Positions 32,785-50,310 of a stretch of 64,000 nt of DNA are shown here, in pieces. The position numbers were made by a program, and so were the translations under genes. Numbering within the stretch: position 1 is the stretch's first letter; each line of letters opens with the position of its first letter. The DNA is from the human T2T-CHM13v2.0 reference genome, Homo sapiens. The notes beneath the pieces were generated by a model that saw only the letters and a list, made by a program, of their open reading frames with translations, was not told where the DNA came from and did no database searches. The stretch is taken from NCBI RefSeq assembly GCF_009914755.1, contig NC_060928.1. One strand, given 5' to 3'.

Positions 32785-33570
32785 AAGAGCATTCATTCAA
32801 TCAACAAGTAGTCATGAGTGCAGGGGCCTATGATCAGCATCAGAACAAAGCAAACAAGTCCCCTGGCCTCATGGAGCTTGTGCTCCAGTGTGGGCCAGGA
32901 AATAGGCACATAGGCAACTAAAGATATTTACTGAAACTGTCCAGTGGTGATCAGGCCAGGAAGGAAAATGAAGGTGGACAATGACAGGCAGGGCGGTGGG
33001 GGTGGGCCTGCTGTCTTAGATAAGGAGATGGCATTGGAGCAGAGGGGTAGGTGAGGTAAGGAAGTGGCCATGTGGTGATCTGGGAGAAGAGCATCTTAGG
33101 TGGAGGGAGCAGTCACACAGATGTCCCAAAGTGAGAATGAACTTGGTATGCTCCAGGAGAAGCAAGCGGGCCCCTGTGGCTGGAAGCAGTGGGGAAGGGT
33201 GTGCGTGGTGGGACACAAGGCTGCAAGGGGACAGGGACAGATTCCCACAGAGTAAGGGGCATGGGTTGATCTTAACTGGGATCAGTGGATTATGGGAGGA
33301 ACTGGGGGGCTTAATCAGGCAGTGATGCAATCACCTTGCACTGGCTGCTGGTGGGGGGTGAGGAGGGTACGACGGGCAAAACTGGGTGGCCACTTGCAGG
33401 CAGTGCCAGGAGTCCAGACAGGAGGATGACGGCTTAGACCAGGATGACGGCACTCCACGTGGTGAGAAATGCAAGAAGGGACTGAATATGTGACACATAC
33501 AGCCAGCACTAGGTGACTCTCAAAATAGAGTATGACAGGAAGAGAAGTCCAGGTGGGTCCCCAGGTCTGG
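32785..33570. mobile_element. L2 fragment
   Basis: cattcattcaatcaaca end, ccctggcctcatggagctt motif and purine-rich L2-like body. Confidence 0.65.
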
Positions 33571-34040
33571 GGCCCAAGTCACTGGCCTGCATGGCTGATT
33601 CCTTTCTTTCTGTGACTCCAGCGTGAGTCAGGCACACATGTGATTTGGGAGGGACAACAGAAACGCCCAGTCCCCTCCCTCAAGGAAATAAGCCACATTA
33701 GGTAGATCCACAGTCTGCCTATGGCTACATATGCCCCCCACACCCAGAATGCAGCAGTAACACGTGCACCGGGGGCATGTGGCCGAGTCGTGGCACACAC
33801 GTGTTCCCAATGGCTACCGACTTCTCATCTGGGTTAGGTTTTCCCTGCAGGGCTGGGTAAACGTCTGCTGCGTCTCCACCAAAAATCAGCCTCATGGCCT
33901 GGCCGGGTCTGGCCTGGCAAAGGAGATAAGCTGCTGAGAGCCGTGTCTGGACACACGTGGCCCTCGCCTCGGGAGCCTTGGCAAAGCCAGCGATGGAGGC
34001 CCTCCAAGCACACTTCCAGAACGCCCGGGCACAGGGACTT
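33420..34040. promoter_or_regulatory. Candidate intronic enhancer (E-box cluster with AP-1 and GATA motifs)
   Basis: CACGTG at 33456, 33761, 33798 and 33954. TGAGTCA at 33624 and AGATAAG at 33924. Local CpG retention. Confidence 0.45.
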
Positions 34041-35317
34041 TGACTCTTTTTATACATGAAAAGGAAAATGAAAGCAAGTCAGGGAGTACTTCAGTTCAGA
34101 GGCAGGGCCATCGTAGGACACCAGGCACTTGACACAGAAAACCTTCCCTGAAACCCCACATCAGTGCTGGCTGAGACAGGGACCATACATGACAGGCCCC
34201 CTGTGGCTCAGCTCGGAGCCTCACTAATGCCATCTTGTTCTGACTTGATTCTTGTTCATCAAGAAGCCCCTGCTAAGAACAAACCAGAGGCTTGGCCCCC
34301 TTCTATCCCCACAGCCCAGATCCAGAACAAAGGTCATGGATGTTTTCCATGGGACTGCTGCAGACCCTCTTGTGATCTGTCTTTTGGAGAAGGAAGAATG
34401 TGTGCCCCTTTTTCGGTAAACAAATCACAGCCTTGTAATCAGAGCTTATTTTGAGGGTGCATGGAGCTCCCCACCATTTTCAGTGACTTTAACTCTTGGG
34501 AAAGGGTTTTCTCTGCGTTATGGTTTAATTCTCACTCCTAAGGTAATGCTCTGAAGCAGGTGAGGAGAAAAATCCCACTGTGCTGTTCCTAAGCCTTGTG
34601 AATATGAGAAGAAACAACAAAAGAAGGAAAAGACGTTTCACATTTTAAGGGCATATTCAGGTGCCCTAAGAACTGAGCCAGTTCGTTAAATGATTTCATT
34701 TGGAAACTTCCAGCTTGCAATTCAGTCATTCTTCAATCAGAAATACATGATTTGTCAAATATGAAATGGAATCATTAATCCCTGACAAAGTCGGAGGTAC
34801 AGCAAATTGTGGCTGTGTGTGCCCCATGCTATCTTCCCCTTAACAAATTAGGTGGCCCTGTGGAAGGTATTCCAGACAGATGCCTGCATGGGGCTCTGCC
34901 TGGAAGAGGGAGGCACACTGATCATCAAAATGATTGACTTGACTGCTTTCAGACATTTAACTACCCATCCCACCCTCCCCACTATGTGCACACACACAGA
35001 AAGGGAATTTACTTTCATCTTCTAGACATCTTTTCATTTAAAGCACTGCACAAATGCAGAATAAACCAGACAGACAGGGTTATTAAAATGTAGGTTAAAA
35101 TTGTATAGATCTACACAAACACAGGACCCCCTGTAAAAAGTGGTAAAATCTGAGTAAGGTCTGGAGTCCAGTTAACAGTATTAGATCAGCATTACTTCCC
35201 CAATTTTGATTTTGCACTGTAGTTATGGAAAATGAGGAAGCGGGGGTGAGGATACACAGGGACCCTGTACCCTTTGCAACTTTCTGTGAATCTATACTTA
35301 TTTCAAAATAGTTTTAA

Positions 35318-35585
35318 TTCAGCACTTTGGAAGGCCAAGGTGGGAGGACTGCTTGAGCCTAGGAGTTCAAGACCAGCCTGGGCAACATAGGAAGACCCCA
35401 TCTCTACAAAAAAATAAAAAAATAAACTGGGTGTGGTGGTACATGCCCATGGTCCCCGCTACTCAGGAGGCTGAGGTGGGAGGATTGTTTGAGCCCAGGA
35501 TGTTGAGGCTATAGTGAGTTATGATCGTGCCACTGCACTCCAGCTTGGGTAACAGAGTGAAACCCTGTCTCAAAACAAGAAAAAG
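35318..35585 (+). mobile_element. 5'-truncated AluJ-like element
   Basis: J-type motifs (gcttgagcctagg, gttgaggctatagtgag). First 30 or so nt are missing. Confidence 0.9.
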
Positions 35586-35978
35586 TTTTGAAAAATATCA
35601 AATGTGCCAGTTCTAGGGTAAGTGGCTTCTGACCAACTATCATGTATGGTGACACAGGTCCTTTCAGTTTTCATTATATGCAGAGCTGTTTTGGGACAGT
35701 ACCAAGAAATCGCCACAGTCATTATTTCCCCCAAAGATAGCCCAACAGAAATCACATCCCAGAGATGACAAGAAATTGATCACTAAAGGAAAAACTTAGA
35801 GTGCATGTCCTTAAGTCACCTTGTCCCAAACCCATCCTGTTGATGAAATGTCAGGCACTTCCTGTGGAAGGGTCTGTTGCCACAAATCCATGGATGTCCT
35901 CTGCCTGCCAAGCCTGGCTGGGGGTCGGGACACGGGAACCATAGCAATCCTAAGTCCAACCAGCTCTGTCCCTGGCCC

Positions 35979-36168
35979 ACAGGTTCTCAAGTTTTAGGGT
36001 GCATTAGAGTCGTGAGGAAGGTGTTTAAAATGCCGATTCCAAGCCTTCCCCCACCCCCGCAGATCCTGACTAAGTAGATGAAGGACTGGGCCTAGGAATT
36101 TGCATTTGCAACAAGCATTTGTGATTCTGTCACAGGTGGTCCTAGGGCCACAGTTGAGGAAACAACTG
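35979..36168. mobile_element. MER5A-like DNA transposon
   Basis: ggttctcaagtttt..gcattaga, gggcctaggaatttgcattt..aacaagc; about 190 bp. Confidence 0.7.
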
Positions 36169-36701
36169 GGCGCATGTGTGGGGAGGGCTCCCCACTGAGG
36201 GGGCAGAAGAAGAGCTGGCAGGCACTCGGCATCCACAGAGCAAGGCGCTCCTTGCACCAATGGAGAGAACTTCAGAGTGCCGCCTCTCAGCACATGCCTG
36301 AGATCTCCAGCCCCACGGCTTAAGGGAGGCTGCAGAAGGGCCTTGGAGCCTCCGGGATTGGTCCTGCTGAGGCTGTGACCATGTGGCATTTAGGATAAAA
36401 TGCAGAGTGTGGACTCTATCATCATCACAGCTTCTCACTGAGTGCTGATGATGTGCTGAGCAATCACATCTCATTTAGTCCTCACAGCACTGCTCTGAAG
36501 GAACTGCTTGTTATCCCCATTTTACAGATAGGAAAACTGAGGCTCAGAGACTTCCAAGGTTACAGAGATAGAAAGTGGCAGGACAGGAATCAGGCCCAGC
36601 CAGAGGTTACCATTCTGTGGTACAACCTCCCTTTCTGTTGGAAGGGTTCCTTTAGGTTCTCATCTCCTCCAGGATAAAACACTCTGCTTAAAAATAATAG
36701 A

Positions 36702-37011
36702 GGCCCCGGCATGGTGGCTCACACCTGTAATCCCAGCATTTTGGGAGGCTAAGGCAGGCAGATCGCCTGAGGTCAGGAGTTTGAGACCAGCCTGGCCAAC
36801 ATGGTGAAACCCCATCTCTACTAAAAATACAAAAATTAGCCTGGCATGGTGGTGGGTGCCTGTAATCCCAGCTACTCGGGAGGCTGAGGCAGGAGAATTG
36901 CTTGAACCTGGGAGGCGGAGGTTGCAGTGAGCCGAGTGAGATCTCGCCACTGCACTCCAGCCTGGGCAACAGAACAAGACTCCATCTCAAAAAAAAAAAA
37001 AAAAAAAAAAA
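36702..37011 (+). mobile_element. Alu (Sq/Sx-like)
   Basis: Full dimeric Alu with long A tail, about 360 bp from the exon 2 donor. Confidence 0.96.
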
Positions 37012-37344
37012 GAGGAAACTTTAGCAGGCTTGTTGGAAGGTGAGTGGGAAGATTTTCCCAATCCTTGTTTCGGTGGCATGAATACTCCTTTCCAGCTTAA
37101 AGCAGATCTAACCCTCTCAAAGTCCACCTTCCTCAGCTCCTCTGTTCTGTTCTTTCATCTTTGGTCCTGCTCTCTCCTAATCTTTCTCCTCTCTTCCCCT
37201 TTTAATTTTTCTCCTTTTGTCTTCAAACTCCAAAGTTACAGACTCATTGTGTCCCTCCATCTTCCCTGTATCCCCCTTCGCTAATAGAAGAATTTTCTCT
37301 TGCCATTCGATCATGATACAGGCTATCTGAAAAAATGAGAATTA

Positions 37345-37989
<645 letters not shown>

Positions 37990-38729
37990 TCATCATAACA
38001 GATACTTGAATCATTATTTTCCTGGGATAAAAAAATATCAATCTACATAAAGCAATGAATGAATGCGGGAGATAAAAGATGTCAAAACCACTACTGAAGA
38101 ATTGGGGAAAAACCAACACACAAATACAAAGGAAGATGAGGCCACATTAAACTCTCTCCCCAGACACAGTAACATCTGCTGATCAGAATGTGACTGTCAC
38201 ATCTACATGGCAATAATTCCAGAGTTGGTTTTCAAAGGCAGAAGTTGGTTCACAACAAATCCAGTAGCAAGGGAACCTGCCTTAGAATAAAACAGAGACA
38301 ATGCAGCTTCAGACATTTTCAAACCATTGTCCTGACTTTAAATGGTGGGTCAGACACTACCAAATCAAAGGGTGGCAGAAAAGTGAAAAGTGCACCCTCG
38401 AGGGAACATAACAGGGATGCCAACCTGGCCCCTTTTTCTCCCATAAGTTTGAAGCCAGGGCAAGCCTGCATGATATATGGACAGGCAAGAGGCTTCTATT
38501 GCTCCTGGTCACACACAAGTAAGCTCAGACGATGGGCTGTGTTGTCTGATTCTTTCACCACAGACAATGCTACATGCACCAAGAAGGATTTTAGCTGAAT
38601 GTTTATTTATCTGGTCATGAAATCAATGCAAGGTTTTGAGCATGAGGTGCTGATATGTGAGTGCTAAGAGCTCTCCTAAATATGACTTTGTGATTCAAGT
38701 ATCCAAAACACAATAGAAAAAGGTCACTT

Positions 38730-39795
<1,066 letters not shown>

Positions 39796-40339
39796 AAGTC
39801 ACTTTGGTCTCCTCTGAGGAAAAAAATAAGGACTCCTTTTTTCAATTCTGACTTAGAGCTGCGGGAGAGGCAAAGATGGACAAGACATGAAATTTGGTAT
39901 CAAGGAATCGTGTCTATAAATAATGGCAATACAGGCGAAACGTGGTCAGTGTTCCCATCAAACTGTAAACAAGCCCAAGGGTGCATAGCACTGAGAGAGA
40001 ATAATTCTAACTGGAAGGTCTGGGATAGGCTTTATGGAAGAAACGGTATCTCAGTTGGGCTTTGAGGGACGAAAAGAAGTTCTTCACGTAGAGACACAAG
40101 GGAAAGGCACTGCAAGGGGTGTGAACAGCATAAGCCGGGCAAGAGGCAGGGGAATGCAGGTGTACTTGGGGAATAGCAAGCAGCTATGTGGACACGCAGG
40201 TATGAGGTTAAAAAGAAAAGTAGAGTTTGGCCCTGGAGAACATTGAGTCCCAGCCCAACGAATGTGAACTTTTATTCTACCGACAGCAAAGAATCAACAA
40301 AGGTTTCTGTACAAGGGGGTGGTGTCTCCCTTTTAAAGC

Positions 40340-41234
<895 letters not shown>

Positions 41235-41685
41235 TGAAATTTCAGGTTTGTTGGAATATAATTCACACCACACAATTCACACACTGAAAGTGTAAATTGC
41301 AACGTTTTCTAGTAGATTTACAGAGTTAGTCAACAATCAATCATTACAACAATCAATTTTCAAACATTTCATTGCCCCAAAATGAAACCCAGTACCCACT
41401 GGCAGTCACTTCCCATTTTTTTGCTTGCTTTTAAAAAACAGACTCAGAAATACCATTTGGATTAAATACACACTCACACCACACACACACATATATATGT
41501 ACATGTGTATAGTCACTTGAATACACATATCACTGGTTGCTTACACGGATAAGAATGAGGTGACCAGGAGACAGAATAAGAGAGAAAGATGCACTGTATA
41601 TCCTTCCCTAACTTTTGAATTGTGTACTACACAATTTTTTTTTAAGTAGGTGAGGAGAAAGCAACTGTCCTAAAAGGTCAAAGTG

Positions 41686-42138
<453 letters not shown>

Positions 42139-43171
42139 TTAATTGTTTTATGTTCTCGTTTATGCTGCCAGATTACAGGGAGGAAACACATATAAAAATC
42201 ATCTCATAATTAGAAGCAGAGAATGTTACAGTGGATGAGTCTGGTGACAAGCCAGTCTACTCTCTTATTCTGCAGACGAGGAAATGACAATCAAGAGGTG
42301 ACATTCTCCAACACCACCCAGCTGGTGGGTGAGCAAAGGCAAGCCCAGAAACCTGGCTCCTTTTCTAGCCACCCACCCACTCCCACCTTCCCCACGCCAT
42401 AGCAAATGATATCAATGGTGACTAATGGTCACCATTCCATGGCCTCCTGGAAACTCTAGACTAAATTCTGCTTCCACATGAATAGGGATATACCCAGCAT
42501 TTGTCCATAAGTGCTGGTTTATTAATTCAGCCAGATATGCCAAGATGTCGCCCCCATTCTCAAGATGCAAATCACAGTGTTAAGTCCACAACAGAGTTTC
42601 ACCCAAGGCCAGGGATCGCTGGTGCTGGCGGAAGCCGAACCAGCCAATGGGTGGCCAACACGCCTTATTCCAAAGCAATGCCCCGAATGTTTCCCTCACT
42701 AATCCCACAAATAAGTCAAATGTCAAATAAGACATTTGCTTATTTTGTGAGACAAAGGGCAGCCCAGCACCCAGGACATGCAGAGGTGTATTAAATATCA
42801 CACTTTGTTCTTTCCCAAAGAACAACTTAAAACCTCTTCCTCATTCCTTTCATGTATACCTTAAAAACTCACCCAGGCTCAGCTCTCCCACTTTGATAAT
42901 TTTTTGAGTAGGGATAAGGGGTGTCAGATTTTTAGTGCTGATGCTAGGATCTCCAGTGAAAACCTCTTTTAAACAGAATGCCAGGGTAATGACCATTTGA
43001 TTTTACTAGAAAAGTGCAGTTCATAATAACCGTGTTCATTATTTTACATCTTACTGCTAAAAATGCAACAGTCCACTTTTCTTCATTAATTAATGCAGCA
43101 CCCTGAGTGTGGTTTCAGTTTTGTTTGATGGTCCATGCTTATAACATTGTGGATAATGGACATACATACAC

Positions 43172-43340
43172 GCCAGGTGTTGTGGCTCATGCTGGTAATC
43201 CCAGTGCTTTGGGAGGCCAAGGCAGGAGGATCACTTGAGCCTCAAAATTCAAGGTTACAGTGAGCTATGATAGTGCCAATGCACTCCAGACTGAGCAATA
43301 GAGTAAGGCCCTGTCCCCTCCAAAATAAAAATAAAAATAA
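43172..43340 (+). mobile_element. Monomeric Alu-related element (FAM/FRAM-like or recombined monomer)
   Basis: Single arm of about 150 nt followed by an (aaaat)n tail. Confidence 0.8.
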
Positions 43341-43504
43341 GAAGGCATATACACATTTCACCGTGTACTCTCCACAGAGCCGTCCCTTCAAATTCTGTTT
43401 CAAAAAAACTCTCCATATACTTATATGAAGATTATTTCATTTTCACCTGTTTCAAAGTCTCAGGTGCAGTAAAAGTTACCCCAAGGTATATAGGTGTTAG
43501 ACAT

Positions 43505-44145
<641 letters not shown>

Positions 44146-44154
44146 TCTAAATTT

Positions 44155-44350
44155 GAGGTCAGCTGACTTTCTTGGGAAAAGAAAAATAGCCAGATGGTAA
44201 ATATTTTAGGTTTTGCAGGGACACTTTGAAACAGCCATAGGGACAACACATAACTGAATGGGTGTGGCCGTGGTCCCATACAACTTTGGTTACAAAAACA
44301 GGCAGCTGACTGGACAGGCCCACAGGCCTATAGTTTGCGAACTGCTTTTC
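44155..44350. mobile_element. MER58A-like DNA transposon
   Basis: gccagatggtaaatattttagg.tttgcagg and aaaaacaggcagc..ggcccacagg..tagtttgc motifs. Confidence 0.7.
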
Positions 44351-44363
44351 TAAATTATCAAGC

Positions 44364-44654
44364 TTTTTTTTTGAGACTGAGTCTCCCTCTATCGCCCAGG
44401 CTCAAGTGCAGTGGCACAATCTCAGCTCACTGCAACCTCTGCCTCCCAGGTTCAAGTGATTCTCGTGCCTCAGCCTCCTGAGTACCTGGGACTACAGGCA
44501 CGTGCCACCACACCCGGGTAATTTTTATATTTTTAGTAGAGACCGAGTTTCACCATGTTGGCCAGGCTGCTCTCGAACTTCTGACCTCAGGTGATCCACC
44601 CACCTCGGCCTTCCAAAGTGCTGGGATTACAGCATGAGCCTACAGCGCCTGGCC
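44364..44654 (-). mobile_element. Alu with 12-bp TSD
   Basis: TSD aattatcaagct on both sides. Confidence 0.95.
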
Positions 44655-45519
44655 AATTATCAAGCTATTATCCCAGATAGAGTTTTGAAGAACAAAAGGT
44701 GACAGAAGATATGCTTTGTTAGGAGTTCTCATATAGGAGAAACGGGGTGAATAGCTCAACTGGGCATCATTTCATATGTGTGTAGTTGATGGGGCTTGAT
44801 TCTGTATTTTTCTAAAAGGTTCCCTGGTGGAGAGTGTTGACATTTTGCTATTGTTTCTTTCAGAAAAGATCTAAGTCAGAGGATAACATGAAGTTAAGCT
44901 AGGCAAAGAGATCAAATTTTAAGGACTGAGATGGATTGTTTGACAAGTAGGAGAAGCTTGAATGACAGCTGGAGTACAAGAGAAGAGAAACTTCGGGGTG
45001 GGGCAATGTTTCCTTAAGTTAATGAGGGTGTGTTGGCCCCAAAGAGGGCCTCAAAATCACCCTGCATGGCCTGTGCAGAACATGGTCTAAACCCTTCAAG
45101 AAGGTGCTTTGAGGCACCCATGCAATGAAGGAAGCTGGCATCCGGTGGCTTGTAGCAGACCTGTGGGCAGCTGATTCACCACGAGTCGTGGCTACCTTTC
45201 CTATGCACAAAACCAACACTGATTAGCAACACATCACACTCTAAATATTGATTAAGCTGAAGCTGACTTCCTGGCTCAAGTCATGTGTGTGGTTATAAGC
45301 TGTTTCCTGCCAGGAAAATAAGGCAATTAACTTGAAGAGTTCCAGCTACAGGCATGACACGTGTCCAGCCTTCATAGGTATTTTCACATGCCAGGTTGCA
45401 TTAACACAAGCTAAAAATTTATCTGCATGTTCCTTTGTTTAGAAATTATGAGTTCAGAGTCCATGTCATTGTTATGTTTCCAGCTTCTAAGATAGAGTCT
45501 GACACACAGTAAGAATTTA

Positions 45520-45953
<434 letters not shown>

Positions 45954-48588
45954 TTATACTCGTAAGTTCTCTTGTAAGGGGCCCCCATCATTTCTCTATT
46001 TTTCTCCCAGCCTCGTTAATTCCTTCCAAAGAGCCCTTACCCTTTGGCACCTCATTGGTCCCTGGGGATCAGAGCTGAGCTGGGGAACTGTGAGGTCAGA
46101 GAAGGTGGCACCTTGGCACCCACCTTAACCATTTGGGGCAAACTTCTCCCAGCTATTTGGTCCCTCTAGACCTTTTCAGACAACTGCCCTACATTCTAGA
46201 CCGTTTCCATTTCTCCACACCAAAAATACAAATTAAATTTTTAAGATTTCTCATCCCTCGACCCTCTGCTGAATTCCTGTTCATCTGGCAAGTTCATCCA
46301 TGTTACTGTGATAATGAAAAAATACTGAGGTAAGGTCACGTATCTGTATTTCTACACCAGCTTTGTGGAGATAATGCCTTAAAAGCACAGTCTAAATGCA
46401 CCGCAACTCTAAGCAAGATATTTGGGGTGAAGAGGGGCATCTGTGCCCCTCAAATTATGTGGTTTAGGCAGCTACAATAGATGTTCCACCTTGAAAGCAA
46501 CATACTGATCCATTTTGCACGCAACAGAGCTGGGCCCTGAAAAATGCTTGAGCCCTCAAATATGTTTATACCAGATGTGAGCCCTCATCAAAGTCAAATT
46601 TGACAACGTCATGCACAGTCACAAAACACAGATTCTCTTGCTTTTGTGTAAATGTGCATGTATTGTAATTAAAAAAAAAAAAAAAAAAAACAAAGAAATG
46701 GGCCAGTTAATGTGTGTTCATGATAGAAGACCCCAAATAGGAGATCTAAATGCATTGAACTCAGCCTGGGAATCAAGAAACAGATGAATTTATGTATATT
46801 CTGGATGGAAAAATAAAACTATCAATATGACCTAAACTTCTTTTAGGATAACTGCATTTGATTCCTTTAAGAAAATCAATAAGAAGAGATGCTATTCAAA
46901 TAACCCTCCCTTGCTCAAAGAGCTGAGAAAACTTGGCTTTGTTCTCTATCTGGTCTCCACTTGGTATTTAAGGAAGGAACAGAGAGATTGGGAAACTTTA
47001 AATCATCCACATCTTGCTACGGGAAGTTCATTGGCATGTACACATGTCTGTGGGTGGGTATGACAAGAAAACAATAACTGTTTTTCTCATTCCTGACCTT
47101 TCTGCCCCATTCTTCTAAGAAAACTGTGGCTCATGAGGGCTTTCTCTTCAAACTGGCTGGATCACATTTTCCCTAGATCAAAAAGGTAAGTGTCTTGCCT
47201 TAAAGGGCCTATTTTTGTAATTTCTGTCTACTAGATATAAGCAAAAATTCTGTTTAGGTCAACAAAGCATGCAATTAAGCAAAATGGATGATGATGTCAA
47301 TACAGACTTCAAAATCAGCATGTGCTTAGGGAAGAACTTCCCAGTTGAGTATTATTCCCTCCTAAACCTGAGAGCTGGCCAGAGCCACACCATCACAGTC
47401 ATGATCAATATTCCTGGTTGTGTAAGATTCTCCCCCATACTATTTAATATGCTGTTTCTTCCCAACTTACATCACACAAAGCTACCTAAGCTTGGTTTGC
47501 TCTTATTTCATTGAGTACCTACTGTGTACTGAGCACTGGGATGGGTGTGTTAAACCTTTTTCTCTCTCTGACTTCTAACCTCCACCTCTCACATGGGACC
47601 TCATAGAACTTCTCACTTCTAACCCAATCCTCACAACAACCCACAGAGGGAGACAGCATCCCACTGTTACAGCTGAGGCAATGGAATGCCTTCAGAGAGG
47701 GTAAGTAACTTGCCCAAGGTCAACCAGCTACCAAAAAGCAGAACCAAAATTCAAATCCACATTGGCTGACTCCAAAGCCAGGGAAGGTGTGCCTCTTGTC
47801 TTCTAACAACACCCAAAGATGATGCCCTCAACTCACGTCCTTGCCTTTATACACCTGTCACCGCTTTCTGGCTACAGGGTTGGGGAATCTCATGACTTTC
47901 CTTATTCCCATCTTGAAAGGGTTGGGGCTAAAATGCCATTATGCCGGCATGCCTTGAGTTTGGAGGAGACAGATATTGCCTTAACCACAAACACACAAAC
48001 ACCAGACTCAGCCAGCTCCCCAGTATAACTAAGCCCTTCTCCAGGTAGAGACTGGAAACAAGGCCTGCCAAGGCAGAATCCCATCAGCCATTCCTCATGG
48101 GCCGAACACGCCTCCTGCCCCTCGGCTCCTTTCTCAGGGGAATGGCATGAGCCATTAAACAGGGTAACTGAATTCACTTTAGGCTATTTACGGTCTACTC
48201 CAGTCTATCCATGTTTCCAGCGAATTGCCTGGGTTATTCTCTCCTACCTGTCCTCTAGCTCTGACGCTTTTGCCAACAGGCAGCCAGAAGAAATAGAAGG
48301 CAAGAGGCCAACACCATGGCTTGGGAAATTTTAGGAGCTCCAGTCAGGATGAATATGGAAGCTATTGGTTGATGTGAGGTTTGGGGATGATCTCTATTTT
48401 CAAATATTCATAATACCTCTCCCTCAAGCTAGATAACTGCAGATCTCTTTACCTCGTTTTGATCTTCTCATGCTCTGCATTGCACACATAGTGAGGGGTT
48501 AATGAATACTCTTAGATGGATGACCGAGGGTGTGTGGCCACTTACAGGGAATCCTGTACAAGGCTCTGTCACAGCCGCTGTCTGCTAA

Positions 48589-48960
<372 letters not shown>

Positions 48961-50089
48961 TCTGTGCTGTTAATGTCCTCTTACTTCTTTGTCCTCAGTC
49001 TGATTGTCTAACAAGTGCAGCTATCCACTCCGAACATTTCAACTGACAGCTGACATCAATACTGGCCATCCTGAGATTTATCTTTTCATATAAGAAAATA
49101 TTATACTTTGGAGACCAGAGCTTAGAACGAACAAAATTGTTTTCTGGAAGTGCCATTATCACAGATAGAGAGCTGGGGCAGCCTCAGGCTGGTTCTAGCC
49201 AAGTTGGAAGAAGGTAAGAGTTAATGGTGTAAGAAAATAGCAAGAAGGCCCGTTGGGCAGGGAAAGTTCTGCGTGGGGCACAGTACTCAGCACCCGCGAC
49301 CTCAGTGGAAGCAATTTCATTATCTTTTGCTTTCGAGGCCCTCTCCCTCTCTGAGGAGGCTCTCTGCATCTTGGCCTTTGGTGACCTCAGAATTTTCTGG
49401 CAGCCACTGGAACCAGGGATCATCTTTTCAGAAATCTGTTTGGCATCGTTCCGTGACTTATCTTTCAGCCCTCATCACAATTATTCATGCTTTGGCAGTA
49501 TCCTAGCTACAGACACAGTACTCTTTTTGAGCTGATACTGAAGGTTACTCCGTCCCAGCCTATGGAGACGGAAGGCACCCACTCCTCAGGACCCTGACTC
49601 CAGGAAGCATGCTCCCTGTGAGGGCAGGTGCTTAAAGGCATCTATTCAGAAGCTGCTCTCAACCTCCAGCCCTTGTGAACAGGCAAATAGGTGAAGATAA
49701 CACAAAACAGGAACTGGTCCCCAAATCATAGGCAATTTGGCTTTGGAATGCATTCCAAGGCACATTTGCTGTACACTTGTATGCACATTCATCCAAACTC
49801 AAATGCTAAACTCTACCAGCTGCCTCTGGACTACATAAAAACCCCAAACCTTTATCTCTTCATTAACGATGGCAAATATTTTCTGGCTTTACCTTTCTTC
49901 CCCACTTTAACATCCTGCTTCTATTCTGTGGCCTGCGCTTCCTGCTTTGTATATTTTAGATTACTTTAGACATGACCTCACATCCTGGCCAATTGCACAG
50001 TAGCTGCTAATTGCTAGAGCTCTGCTAATGGCCCGTACATCGATGAAGAATGAGTTACAAGCAGCAAAATCCAGAAGACAATAAGCTAG

Positions 50090-50310
50090 TGTGGTTTAGA
50101 GCTGGGGCTCTGGAGGGAGACAGATTTGGGTTTCAATCTCAGACTGTATGGCCTGGGGCAACTAACTTAACCTCTCTGAGTCTCTGTTATCTCATCTAAA
50201 TGGAGATTATAGTAGCTCCTACCTCAGAGGGCTGTTGCTAAGATAAATACTGGATAATGCCTATAAACGATTTAGCACAATGTATAGCACAATGTAAGCT
50301 ATCGTTATTA
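50090..50310. mobile_element. MIR fragment
   Basis: acttaacctctctgagtctctgtt.tctcatct.aaatggagat..tagtag..cctacctcagagggctgttg. Confidence 0.8.

Noticed and set aside
46671-46690. Isolated A20 run (also a T run at about 51708-51725) as a processed-pseudogene tail
   Set aside because: No TSD and no adjacent mRNA-like body. Treated as simple homopolymers.
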